A stretch of 64,000 nt of DNA from Azolla caroliniana (GCA_043228905.1 JBHGNT010000005.1:10478001-10542000); one strand, 5' to 3'. Numbered from the stretch's first letter, positions 12,301-25,100 are shown. The notes: generated by a model not told the origin, from the letters alone. Made by a program: numbers and translations.

Positions 12301-13159
12301 GCCACGATCTTCGTAGTCGGAGTTGTTCCTGTACATTCCGCTATACTCTTCGTAGTCGGAATTGTGCGCGTAACTTGTGAGTTGTCGGCTTGTGGAAACC
12401 GATTCACGCATCTTCTTTCGGCACTCTTCTTCCTGGTGGCTGAGCTTTCCACAATATCCGCATTCGGTTGCGTTTTGACAGCTCAGGCCGGAGTGGAAGC
12501 TACCCCTTCTTGCGAAGGTTCCTCGTTGGCTTCTGTTTTGCGGCCGAAATTGGGAGTTGTTATCGTAGATCGGACCTCGTTTGCCTTGTCCTTGGCCGAA
12601 TCGGCCCCTCGACCGTCCGCGACCTCTTCCTCCATTCGAGTGTGTGTAGAGCATGTGGTCTTCCGACTCATTGCTCCTTGTACACACATGGTTTTCTTCG
12701 ACCAATAGCATTGATTGGAGCTCAAAGAAGGAGGGAGATTTCTCCCATGCTAGAACGGCTATTCGCATCGCGCCGAACTGTGGTGCGAGGCCACCGTGGC
12801 ATATTTGAACCATCTCATCATCATCGTTATTTACGCTTATTGAGCCGAGTGAATCGCAAAGCTCCTTGATCTTCGAGGTGTATGTCGTAATGGACATGTC
12901 CCTTTGTTGAATGTTGTTCAACTCTTGGTGGAGTTGAAGCCTTCTTGCGGTTGTGTTCGCCGCGAAAATCTTTCGTAGATTTTCCCATGCCTCCTTCGGC
13001 GTCTTGGCTTCGCGAATGTAGCCGAGCATGTGATCATGAATACATGTCGCCAAGCAATAAAGCACGCGGCTTGCGGCTTGCTCCCATGTCGCGTATCCGG
13101 GAGCCGCTTCGATGGGTCGGTCTTCATGCGCTCCTTTGATGTAGCTCCAATAGCCTTGT
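9389..13159 (-). pseudogene. Element E gag-PR-IN-RT-RH polyprotein, frameshifted (gag N-terminus at 36046-36145)
   Basis: CGYCGKLSH, WFVDSGASNH, VHSDVWGP, LYVDDL and YTDADW motifs in broken ORFs. Confidence 0.92.
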
Positions 13160-13668
13160 TGTTGAGCGGCAAGCTCAACCGGAGCCGGATCGGCTGAAAA
13201 AGCCGGAGCCGGTAAGCGAGACGGATCGGGCGAAACGGATCGGTATGACGGTGAGAAACCGAACCGGCAAGCAGTGGAGGCCGGGTGCAATTCGTAACCG
13301 GAAGTCCAATCGGAAGCCTAGTATAGGATAGACTACTAGGTAGTTATAGTCTCGTAGTAAGTGTCAGATGCTCGTGTGAGCATTGAAGTACATGGTACTT
13401 CTGTCAGTCCCAAGAGGACTTGTATAAATAGTGCTACTTAGCACAGTGTGTATACAGAGTCTTGAAATAATTTTTTGAAATTGTGTTCTGCTCTCTCTGT
13501 CTCTCCTTCTCTCTCTCTCTCTCTGTGTGTGTGTTGTTCTCTGTTTTACGCTTCCGCAAACAGTCACGTTTACATGGTATCAGAGCGCGAGGGTTGAGAA
13601 CCTCTGATGCAGACATTTACTCTTGAGAAGAAAACCGTAACAGGTCGAAAACAGACACAGTAGAAGAC

Positions 13669-16281
13669 ATGGATAGAGGCATGGCTACGTCGCTCCCGGT
13701 GGAGAAGCTCGACAGGAGCAACTACGCATCCTGGTCTTACAAGATGCACCAGTACCTGCTTGGACACGGGTACTGGAGTTATGTCGAAGGAGCGAATGAT
13801 GTGGCGCCCGACTCGGCACACAAGGACTTCCCGGTATGGGAACAGGCGGCAAGTAGGGTGATGTACTGCTTCGCGTCCAGTGTCGGCGATCAGCTGCACA
13901 GCCACATCCGTGATGCCAAGACACCGAAGGATGCTTAGGGGAACCTGAAAAAGGTTTTCGCCGCAAGCACCACTGCCCGGAAGCTGCAACTCAGATAGGA
14001 GTTGAGCAATGTTCGACAGAAGAACATGTCCGTGGCAGACTACACGGGCCGGATTAAGGAGATCTGCGACTCGCTTGCCTCTATCAATGTTACTGTAGAG
14101 GAAGACGAGATGGTGCATGTATGTCTCGGAGGCCTGGCGTCCAAGTTCAGAGGGTTCTGAACTGCGGTGTGTACAAGGGAGAATACCCCCTCATTCTTCG
14201 ACTTACAGTTGATGCTCCTTGTAGAGGAAAACCACGCCGGTGCATCTACCAGTGCATCCCCGGACAGACGAATGTTGTACACGGGAACGGATCGGCTCCG
14301 TGGGCGTGGTGGAAGAGGTGGGTCGGCACGCAATGGAGGCGGCCGGCAAGAGCAGGAACGGAGGCACTATGAGCGTGCCGACAGCTGTTCCGGGACTTCC
14401 ACAAGAAGGGGGAGTCAAGGCGGTGCTGGAGGCCGGCAAGACCAATCCGCTATGGAATGCTGGTACTGTGGCAAAAAAGGCCACAGGGAAAGCGAGTGCT
14501 GGAGAAAGCGTGCCGATTCGGACAAATCGGGATTCAGCAAGACCGGTAAGGATGGCCGACAAAACTCGCACTACGCAAACGGATCAGGAGGATCCAGAAC
14601 CGGAAAGGCCGGTAAGGGGCCAGCCTTGGTGATGAATCACAAGGCAAACTCAATGAAGAAGACCACATCCAAAACGGAGGAAGTGTGGTATGTTGATTCC
14701 GGCGCGTCGAACCACATGACGAGCCACAAAGAGTGGTTCTCCTTTCTGGAGAAACCGGATCAACCAGGAGTAGTCGAAACCGGAGACGACACTCCTCACC
14801 CAATCGTGCACGTCGGAGAAGTCCCTCTAAGCCACGTCGGACAGAAAGGGAAGCTGATGCACGTATTACACGTTCCGACAATCACGAAGAACCTGGTGTC
14901 TGTCGGTCAGATTGTCGACCAGGGAATGCAGGTGCGGTTTACGCACCTCGGGTGCTTCATTGAGGATGAGGGCGAAGTCATTGCGCAAGGGCGCAGAGAT
15001 GGGAGGATGTTTATCCTCAACACCAATGACTTTGGCACCACTCTATTCACGAAATGATAGAAGGTCGAGTCGGACATCGACCTGTGGCACAAGCGGATAG
15101 GCCACGTCAACTACCGGAGGCTTCAAGACCTGCAAATGAAACAAGTCGTTTTCGGTTTGCCGAAGTTCAGCGGCCGGAGAGCCGAAATTTGTGAAGCCTG
15201 CCAACTTGGGAAGCAACACAGGCTTCCATTCCCCACCGAACGGAACCGGAGCCGTAACAAGCTAGATCTCATCCATTCGGATGTGTGGGGACCGGCACAA
15301 AGTGTAAGCCTTGGCGGGAGCCGATACTTCGTCTCCTTCATCGATGACTATACTCAACATACTTGGATCTACCTGATTGAGCGGAAGAGCGAAGTCTTCG
15401 ATTGTTTCCGTAGCCTCTAGAAGATGGTGGAACGGGAATCAGAGAGGAAGATCAAATGCCTTCGGTCGGATGGCGGAAAGGAATATTTTTCCGGCCAATT
15501 CACTAGTTATCTATAGCAGAAGGGAATTCGGCGAGAGTTCAGCTGCAGATACACACCGGAGCAAAACGGTGTGGCCAAAAGGAAGAACCGGACACTTGTT
15601 GAAGCGGCAAGGGCAATGCTGGAGGAGAAGAGCATGCCCCAGTTCTACTGGGCGGAGGCGGTCCGGACGGCCGTCTACATACAAAACCGCATTGCTGACA
15701 CGGTGTCAGCTCATGAGCTATATTTCGGGCGCAAGCCGAACTAAAGACACCTTCGGATATTCGGCAGCGGAGAAAGCTATGTGCATGTGCCGGATCAGAA
15801 GCGGAGAAAGCTGGATGCAAAATCGGAAAAATGCATTCTAGTCGGCTATGCTCAAGAGCAAAAGGGGTATAAGTGCTTTAACCCCCGGACGAAGGAAGTC
15901 CGAGTTAGCCGGGATGTTGAGTTCGATGAATCGGCATCCTGGTACTCCGTACTGACTCCGACCTCTGATCCCGACCCAATGCCGGAAGATCAGGCCAGTG
16001 AGCTTGAATCAGCCCTGGCAGAGGATGACGAAGCTGGGACTCAAGATGAGAGACCGTAATCGTTACGGTTGAGTGGACCGAACGAGCGACTGAGTCGGTT
16101 GGACCAGTCGGATGAAGAGACGGCAAGTGGTGGAGACTCTGCCATGCTCTCCCCGCGCAAGGAACCGAGGAAACGGTTCACGCGCAAAGAGAAGGGGAAG
16201 AGGAAGATGCCGGAATTTGAAACCGGCAACGATGAGTCGGATCGGTGCATATCCGACTCCGGAAAGGAGAAAGGCGGAACT
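13669..16281 (+). pseudogene. Element F gag-PR-IN with nonsense mutations
   Basis: CWYCGKKGHRESEC, WYVDSGASNH and IHSDVWGP motifs; several in-frame TAG/TGA stops. Confidence 0.9.
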
Positions 16282-16571
16282 TGTCATAACTAGACTCGAA
16301 CCCATAACCTTTTGTTACACGGGTCGAGACTTTACCATTAGGTTATGAGTTGTAATTTGAAGGATATTATTTTCATTTAGGTTTTATTAGGAAATTGATG
16401 TATATTCCAGATTTCTCTGGAACATTCTAGAAACTTCAGGAGTATTCCTGAAGACACTATAAAAGGAGGCGCAAGGCATTAGTTCGAACCAAATCGGTTC
16501 AACGCCAGTCTTAAGCCTTCTAACTACTGTTGTATATCTTCCGTCATATAATACATATATCTTTCGCATCA

Positions 16572-16621
<50 letters not shown>

Positions 16622-16754
16622 ACTCATTCCTTCTCTCAAAGTTCGACACCTCTCATAGTACTAATCCTTCTCTGTCTTAGTACTATTCCCCAACAATAGT
16701 ACTAATCCTTCTTTTAGTACTAATTCCTTCTCTGCCTTAATAGAGTTCCTGACA
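16282..16754 (+). repeat. Element B 5' LTR
   Basis: TGTCA...TGACA; TATAAAA at 16458; (CT)n tract. Confidence 0.96.
16405..16464 (+). promoter_or_regulatory. Heat-shock-element array plus TATA box in the B LTR
   Basis: GAAcaTTCtaGAAacTTC at 16420-16437 within a 5-bp-phased GAA/TTC run that ends just before TATAAAA. Confidence 0.7.
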
Positions 16755-16845
16755 GTTTGAACCGATTTCCCCTCCTACTAGTCTCCCTCTTCCTTCTGTC
16801 TCTCTCCTTTCCTACTAGTCTCTTATTTCCCTTTTCCTTCATCCC

Positions 16846-18015
16846 ATGGCCACCGTTAGCGCTGAAGAGTATCAATCCGTTTTCTCGGAATTTCAATGCT
16901 TGAAAGAGAAGTTTCATGCTTTGGAACAAGAAAATCAACGCTTGTTGGGGGATCTTCAGCAAATTTCCTTAGAAAAGCAGCAAACGCAACAACAGCATGG
17001 GGAACTTGCGTTACGCGTGCAACAACTCGAAGCAACCATCGTAGCAATGCAACAACAAGGGCACGGAGCACAAGGGATTCATAAAGAACCCAAGATTGGC
17101 CTTCCCACGAAGTTCGATGGAACGCGATCGCAGTTTAGAAGGTTTCTTAACCAGGTACGGTTAGTTATTCAAATGCATCCGTCCCGATATCCCACCGATG
17201 CATCACGAGTGGGTTTAGTAGGCACGTTGTTAACTGGCTCAGCATTAGCATGGTTCGCACCGCTACTAGAAAAGGAATCTCCAGTACTAAATAATTTTGA
17301 AGAATTCATAAGTGAGTTTAAAGCATGTTTTGGAGATACTGACAGCATAAGGACTGCAATCAACAAAATCCGGCGATTACGCCAAGGTGACCGTCCAACC
17401 TCCGCATATGCTGCAGATTTCCGCCTACTCGCCGCCGATATCCCCTGGGATGATCAAGCATTGATGGAGCAGTTCCGCTATGGTCTACGCAACGATGTCA
17501 AGGATTTACTCTTGACTTTCCCTGAAGAGCCAAAATCATTAACAGAAGCAATCAGTCGAGCGGTCAGATGTGACAACCGCCTCTTTGAGCGACGTTCGGA
17601 ACGACAATTTCAGATGCCGAGGGCAAGATCCGAGCCTACCTATGCCTCAATGGTAGCGAAACCTTTTCAAAGGGAGTCACATAATGCGCCTCCAGTAAGT
17701 ACTCCAACTCCAATGGAAATTGACACTACACGTCGTCGTGGGCCGCTATCGGAGGAGGAAAAGCAACGACGCCGAACAAACCGATTATGCCTTTATTGCG
17801 GTGGACCAGGGCATATCGCGATAAACTGTCCCCATAGACCAAGAAGGCAGGTAAACCAAGTCATTGTTAGTTCTGACTATACTAAACCCGAGTCTATGTC
17901 AGTAGGAATCTCTGATAATCCTCATAGTCATAATAGTCCTAATAGTACTAATAGTCCGAATCTCGCAAACAAATTTGATGTCCTTAGCCAATTAGAAGAA
18001 GAGTTAAACGACTAA
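16846..18015 (+). CDS. gag: Element B Gag, 389 aa
   Basis: Predicted coiled-coil N-terminus; PTKFDGTRSQF, PTPMEID and CLYCGGPGHIAINC motifs. Confidence 0.95.
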   Translation: MATVSAEEYQSVFSEFQCLKEKFHALEQENQRLLGDLQQISLEKQQTQQQHGELALRVQQLEATIVAMQQQGHGAQGIHKEPKIGLPTKFDGTRSQFRRFLNQVRLVIQMHPSRYPTDASRVGLVGTLLTGSALAWFAPLLEKESPVLNNFEEFISEFKACFGDTDSIRTAINKIRRLRQGDRPTSAYAADFRLLAADIPWDDQALMEQFRYGLRNDVKDLLLTFPEEPKSLTEAISRAVRCDNRLFERRSERQFQMPRARSEPTYASMVAKPFQRESHNAPPVSTPTPMEIDTTRRRGPLSEEEKQRRRTNRLCLYCGGPGHIAINCPHRPRRQVNQVIVSSDYTKPESMSVGISDNPHSHNSPNSTNSPNLANKFDVLSQLEEELND

Positions 18016-21000
18016 GTCCAGCCAAAATAGGAGCCGTTTGGTTGGACAGCCCTAGATCTGTGCAGCCCATTAGTGGTTCCATTCCCTCTAAGCAAGTTAG
18101 TGATGTGTTCGTAGTCCAAGTAGCAGTTAGTACTAAAAGAACCCCTCCAGTACATACCTTAGCCCTTCTAGATTCCGGAGCTAATTCTTGCTTCATGGAT
18201 AGGAATTTTGCCCGAGCTCATCAGATATCTCTAAGAAAGCTCCCATGTCCAGCCTCAGTAGTAGTCATTGATGGTCGTCCCATTGCTTCTGGTAATATCA
18301 TAGAAGAGTCGGAACCCGTTAATATTGTCCTAGATAACTTAACATGTGTAGTATCATTTAATATTATTAGTATTCCAGAACATCCCATAGTTTTAGGATT
18401 ACCATGGTTCGAGTTACATGACCCAGACATAGATTGGAGGACAAGGGAAATCCGGTTGCGACAAACCCAAGGATCTACCCAGAAGGTTGCAACCATTTCG
18501 CTACGTCAGTTGCGTGAGGAAGGGCGCAAGGAGGAAATGTTTCTCTTTGCAATATCAGTACAACCCTCCAGCACCACCAAAGAGGAGTCCACCGTTCAAC
18601 TTCCCGAGAAGTATCGTCAGTATGCTGATGTGTTCGATAAAGTACAAGCCAACACACTTCCTCATCATCGGCCGTACGACTGCGCCATCGACTTACAACC
18701 GGGAAAAGAGCCGCCATGGGGGCCGATCTACAATTTGTCACCAACCGAGCTAGAAGTCCTTCGAGCCTATATAGAGGAGAATTTGGAGAACGGTTTCATT
18801 CGGCATTCGAAATCTCCAGCCGGCGCACCCATTTTCTTCGTCAAGAAAAAAGATGGCTCGCTTCGACTCGTTGTAGATTACCGTGGCTTGAATAAGGTCA
18901 CAGTAAGAAATAGGTATGCTCTTCCCCTTATCTCAAGTCTTTTAGAACGGATCAACGGTGCCAGGTTCTTCACGAAGATCGACTTACGAGGAGCCTATAA
19001 CCTCGTACGGATCCGACCAGGAGATGAATGGAAGACCGCGTTTCGCACCAGATATGGGCACTTCGAGTATACGGTCATGCCGTTCGGACTCACTAATGCG
19101 CCGGCAGTCTTCCAGCACATGGCGAATGATATATTTCGAGACCTCTTGGATGATTTTTTGATCATCTATTTGGATGATCTACTGGTTTATTCAAAGACCC
19201 AAGAAGAACATGATTCTCATGTACTATTAGTACTAAAACGACTTCGAGAACATGGTCTGTATGCAAAGTTAGAGAAATGTAGTTTCGGGTGCAACCAAGT
19301 GGAGTTTCTCGGCTATGTCATCTCCTCAGAAGGCATATCTATGGACCCAGCCAAGGTCAAAACGGTGATAGAATGGCACACTCCGCGTTCGGTGCGGGAT
19401 GTGCAATGCTTCCTAGGCTTTGCAAATTTCTACCGGAAGTTCATACAAAATTACTCAAAAATTGTGCTGCCTCTCACACAGCTCACCAGGAAGGGACAAT
19501 CATTCATTTGGTCTAAAGAGACGGACATGGCTTTCGAGAGTCTTAAGAAGGCGTTTACATCAGCTCCAATTTTAGGTCATGTGGATCCGGAAAAACCATT
19601 CATTATCGAAGCTGATGCATCGGATTTCGCATTGGGGAGCATTCTGTCACAACAGGGTAACGACGAGAAGCTACATCCTGTGGCTTTCCACTCCCGTAAG
19701 TTTGACGCCGCCGAAATCAACTACGAAATTCATGATAAAGAGCTATTAGCAATAGTTGATTCTTTTATGCAATGGAGGCATTTCCTGGAGGGATCTCCTC
19801 ATCAGGTCACTGTATTCAGTGACCACAAGAACCTTGCCTACTTTCAAGATGCTCGTGTACTGAATCGACGTCAAGCTCGGTGGGCCCATTTCCTCACACG
19901 CTTCGACTTCAAAATTACATATCGTCCGGGGAAGCACCAAGGGAAGGCAGATGCATTATCACGGCGTTCGTATCTAACACCACGTCCCGGTGAGCCAGCT
20001 TTCGATAACCAGAAGCAAGTAATCTTGGGTCCAGCACGACTGCAAGCAGCATAGATCTTTGACATGCCCGTGGATTCCGACATTACCAATACTATACGTG
20101 AGGACTTGAAGATTGACGCTTTCGCCCAAGCTATACTAGCACAAATTGACCCCTCTCGAGCGTCATGTTCACAATCACAATCACCAGGTACGGATTATCG
20201 GCAATTCAAATACTGTGATGGATTACTCTTCTTTAAAGAACTTTTGTATGTTCCTAATGGTTCTTGCCGCCTTCGAGTAGTACAAAACTGCCATGACACA
20301 TATACAGCAGGACATTTTGGTAGTACTAAAACATTAGATTTAGTACAACGATCATTCTGGTGGCCCCGTATGCGACAATTTGTCGAAGATTTTGTTCGGA
20401 CTTGCGATACATGCTGCAGAGCGAAAATGCCAAGACATCATCCATATGGTTTATTAGAACCATTACCAATTCCAAGCAAGCCATGGCAATCCATTGCTCT
20501 TGACTTCATTACAGATCTTCCAGTCTCTAAGGGATTCAGTGCGATTCTCACAGTGGTGGATCGATATACGAAGATGGCTCATTTCTTACCATGTACTAAA
20601 GAAATATCTAGTGAAGACACCGCCGAAATTGTCATGCGGGAAGTATGTCGGCATCATGGACTCCCTGATAATATCATCAGCGATCGTGGACCCCAGTTTG
20701 TGTCAAAATTCTGGAAGCACCTTTTTAAAATGCTGAAGGTCACTTGTAACCTCTCCTCCGGCTACCACCCACAAACCGACGGTCAAGCCGAACGAACAAA
20801 TCAAACACTGGAGCAGTATCTGCGGTGCTTTCTCAACTATCATCAGAATGACTGGGCAGATATTCTTCCGTTCGCCGAATTTGCCTATAATAACGCTATC
20901 CACGCATCGACTAAAGTCACGCCATTCTACGCTTATACGGGATATCATCCCCGGTGGTGTGTCCTTGAAACCCCAGAAGTGTCCACAAATCCTTACGCGG

Positions 21001-21599
21001 AGGATCGTTTGGAGCGGTTACGCAAGATACAAGCGGATTTATCTACTCAACTCCAGCAAGCTCAACAATCACACAAGGACTACGCAGATCGTCATCGACT
21101 TCCATCCAGTTTTAACATTGGAGATCGGGTGTGGCTGCTACGACGACACATCAAGACTACTCGCCCATGTGAGAAGTTGGATTATCGACGATTAGGTCCT
21201 TTCCGTATTATCGGGAAGATTAATGATGTCGCTTTTCGTCTCGAGCTACCTCCGCAACTTCGGATACACCCGGTGTTTCATAGTTCTCTCCTCGAACCCT
21301 ATCACGAGAGCACTATCCCAGGACGTACTATACAACCTCCACCTCCTATCGAGCTCGAAGATGGACCTGAGTATGAGGTCGCTGCCATCCTCGATTCCAA
21401 GATTGTTCGCAACAAGCTCTACTATCTAGTCGATTGGCTAGGATATAGTCCCAGCGAGCGTACTTGGGAACCGATCGAGAATGTGACCAATGCTCGTGCT
21501 CTTCTAGAAGACTTCCATCGACGATATCCCGAGAAACCGGGTCCTCAATCCAAAACGACTCGTGAAACTCGTCGTTTTAAAGGGGGGATAGTGTCATAA
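18003..21599 (+). CDS. pol: Element B Pol (PR-RT-RH-IN-chromodomain) via -1 frameshift; one in-frame TAG at 20052-20054
   Basis: LLDSGANSCF, IYLDDLL, DASDFALG, HHCC zinc finger, GPF and EYEVAAILDS...YLVDWLGY motifs. ORFs 18042-20054 and 20064-21599 share a frame. Confidence 0.92.
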
Positions 21600-21881
21600 C
21601 TAGACTCGAACCCATAACCTTTTGTTACACGGGTCGAGACTTTACCATTAGGTTATGAGTTGTAATTTGAAGGATATTATTTTCATTTAGGTTTTATTAG
21701 GAAATTGATGTATATTCCAGATTTCTCTGGAACATTCTAGAAACTTCAGGAGTATTCCTGAAGACACTATAAAAGGAGGCGCAAGGCATTAGTTCGAACC
21801 AAATCGGTTCAACGCCAGTCTTAAGCCTTCTAACTACTGTTGTATATCTTCCGTCATATAATACATATATCTTTCGCATCA

Positions 21882-21931
<50 letters not shown>

Positions 21932-22064
21932 ACTCATTCCTTCTCTCAAAGTTCGACACCTCTCATAGTACTAATCCTTCTCTGTCTTAGTACTATTCCC
22001 CAACAATAGTACTAATCCTTCTTTTAGTACTAATTCCTTCTCTGCCTTAATAGAGTTCCTGACA
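21592..22064 (+). repeat. Element B 3' LTR
   Basis: Copy of 16282-16754. Confidence 0.96.
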
Positions 22065-22162
22065 GAACTTCGGCAACGAAGACCGAACTGGCCAAGAAGG
22101 GCCTCAAATCAGGTGACGGTGCATTGCGCCGATCAACCCGCCAGAAGGATCCCGTTATACGG

Positions 22163-25100
22163 TGTCGTGCCTTTCAGCTCCGGATCGTTGCGTGAGTCGG
22201 GTGGGAACCACTGGGGTTTTGGACTAGGAGAAAGAAGAATATGAGATGAGGCTAGTAATGAATAGATTATTAGAAAGAGAGATAGAAATTTCGTGAATCC
22301 CACGAGTGTATTGTATTCGATTAATCAATATTTAGATAAGAATATGTATTTAGATTGAAAGAAAGATATAAGAAACTTGTGAATCCCACAAGTATAGATT
22401 ATATTATTTTCATGAATCCCACGATTATATTAATCGGTTAGTGTTTTCGGAAATATATCCAATTTCCAAATATTTCACACACCTATTACATTGTGCTCCC
22501 CATCCTTATGTAGTGATGGGAGAGACTAAGCATAGCTACATGCTTTTTTCTAATATGTTCATGCACACTAAATATGCATGTGATGCTTTTCTAATCCTTG
22601 CTTTTATTTGCTAAATATAGTGCTCATGCACGCTAGATGTGCATGAGTCACTTTTTTTTGTTGCTTGCGTTTTTCTATAAAATATTCACGCACTCTAAAA
22701 AATGCACGATTTACCTTTTAATAAAGGTAGGCGCAAATAAAGCACTTATAGTTATTAAATCTATTTATAGAACACTAAAGATAAGGTAGCATAATGGTAA
22801 AGTTGAGGTTTGGTTACGTGGAGGTACAGGGTTCGAATCTTGCCCTATGCACGTGATAAATATCTTGATATATTATTTTATTTATTTATATGTAATTAAA
22901 TCGGTTATACTATTTTTACTTTTTCACGTAGTGTACGAAATACACTACGACACTCGCCCCCTCCGAACCCGCACATCCTCCGGTATGTGCCGAAGTTGCC
23001 GATGCTCGTTGTCTCCCCTTCATCCTCCGTTTGTCCCGCTATGTCAACTTTGTCTCTCCATTTTGAGTAGACCCATTCTTTCCACCCGAACCATTGTCGC
23101 CATCCGATCCACCATATTCTTTGTTCTCTCTCGTCATATTCTTGGCCCTTGTCATTCGTGGTAGTGTCTTTTAGTGGCCTCTTTGTTGTCTTCATCAACC
23201 TTGACTTTTTTCCGGATCGCTCTCGTCCGATTGACTTTTGGTTTGATCGGCTTCCGATCGGATTCGTATTCGGCCGAATCGGAATCGGTTGTTCGGTTTC
23301 GATTTAGTCGGTCCCCTTCCGGCCCGGTTTCGATCTATCGGTTTTGGTTTTGGTTGGCTTTCTTTTCCTCGTTTTCACCAGCCTCGACCGGTCCAACCTA
23401 CGATTGAGTCGGATTAGCTTCTTTCCGGATCGGTCTCGTCCGATTGGCTTTCGGCTAGGTCGGCTTCCATCCATATTCGCGTTCGGCCAAGTCAGACTCG
23501 GTCGATCGGTTTTGACTGAGTCGACCCCTTTTCGGGTCGGCTTTCTTTCGGGTCGTCTTTCGGCCGAATCCTCATTCGCCCGGTTCGGCTTTCGTTTGTG
23601 TCGTCTTTCGGCTGAATTCTCTTCCTTTCGGTTCGGCTTTCTTTCGGGTCGACTTTCGGTCGAATCCTCTTTTACCCGGTTCGGCTTTCTTTCGGATCGG
23701 AATCCCGTCCGGATCACCTTCCATCCTAATTGGCTTCCGACTTTACCTTTCTTGCCGCCACCTCCCGTCTCTCCGATCTCACGTTGCTTCTCAGACACAA
23801 CCGCCGAAGTCTCTAGGATTAGTGGGCAGGAATCCTCGGTATTATCATCCTCCATTGTTTCACCCATAGCCATATTCTCGGCTATCTCTCTGTCGTATGC
23901 ATCGACTTCGACCTTTGTTTTCTCTCCGCCACCTTCCGTCTCTTCGGTCTCACGTTGCCTTTCGAACGCAACCGCCGGAGTCTCTGGAATTAGTGGTGGG
24001 GAAGTCTCGATATGGCCATCCGTCGTTGATTCGTCCATAGCCACCTTCAATTCGATGTCATCTTTCATGGTGACCTCCTCAATCAAGTCCTCCTTGCTCT
24101 CTTTCACTGCATCAATTATGCAAACATCAATTATGCTTACCCCTTTTTCACCCGATGTTTCAGACACTTGTATTCTGAAATCTTCTTCTACACTTGGGTT
24201 ATCGGCCTTATCCTTTGTCGTTGTTCTTTCGCAAGACAAGAGGGTAGCTTGTTTTACACCCTCTTCCGTCGCACCATCATGTTGTATTTCGGCCTTCATA
24301 TCGGCTCCATCGTTTGTCTTCAATCGACCATCCTTCATCGGCCATGTCGTTGACAAGATTCTCATCTTCCTCTCATCATGTCTCCGGCATACCCTTTGGA
24401 CTTCGGCCCAATCTTCGGTAAGACCATTCGTACCGTCATCGTCTTCAAGTTCAATCCCGATGTCCATCCTTTCTTTTCGATCGATCGATTTTACGAACAT
24501 TAGGACTTTGTCCTCCCCCACCAATCTTTGTTCCTGCTCCGAGAGTTGAGCAAGACGATGCTCGAACTCTAGGAATGCTTGTGTTGCACTTCGGTGGGTC
24601 TTCTCCGATGCCACCCATTTGTCGAATTTTCGCCGATCTTGTCCCTTTGATCTCTTGTAATCATATGCCTCTCGTAAAGCTTCTTCGAATGACCCCCATG
24701 TCGAGTTTTGTTGCCGTATCTTGTGGATTCTCTCTTGTAGCTCATCCGTGGCCACCCGATTGAAGGATGTCACTTGCAATCCTTCCGGTATCCCACATCG
24801 TATCATCTCCGCCTTGTAGTCACGTAGATAGCGTGACACATCGTTTCCGTTGAATTGTCTGTTTCGTTGTACGAGCCGCTTTACTACCGCCGTGATCTCC
24901 GACATCGCTCGTTGTTCTTGTAGCATCCGTTCGAACATCATCATCATCATGTTCATCGCCTCTTGTTGATTCTCCATCCCCTTGCCACCCGTCTTCACGT
25001 CGGGTTCACCAACTGTGTCGTGCCTTTCGGCTCCGGATCGTTGCGTGAGTCGGGTGGGAACCACTGGGGTTTTGGACTAGGAGAAAGAAGAATATGAGAT

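Larger units (their letters stand above)
16282..22064 (+). mobile_element. Element B: full-length, young Ty3/Gypsy chromovirus (Tcn1-like); TSD GAACT
   Basis: 473-bp LTRs that appear identical; TSD at 16277-16281 and 22065-22069; PPT at 21579-21591; gag-PR-RT-RH-IN-chromodomain order. Confidence 0.97.

Noticed and set aside
12199-13290. 363-aa ORF as a novel protein
   Set aside because: Chimera of F LTR antisense sequence and E gag across the insertion junction.
16387-16623. ERERER ORFs (also 21697-21933)
   Set aside because: Translation of the LTR (CT)n microsatellite.
22780-22850. Functional tRNA genes at the tRNA-like modules
   Set aside because: A and B boxes are present, but acceptor and anticodon stems do not pair consistently, and every module lies inside an LTR. 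Reported as promoter-like modules instead.
23344-24549. 401-aa plus-strand ORF as a separate gene
   Set aside because: Ser/Phe-rich antisense shadow of the purine-rich element C ORF; TTG start; no recognisable motif.
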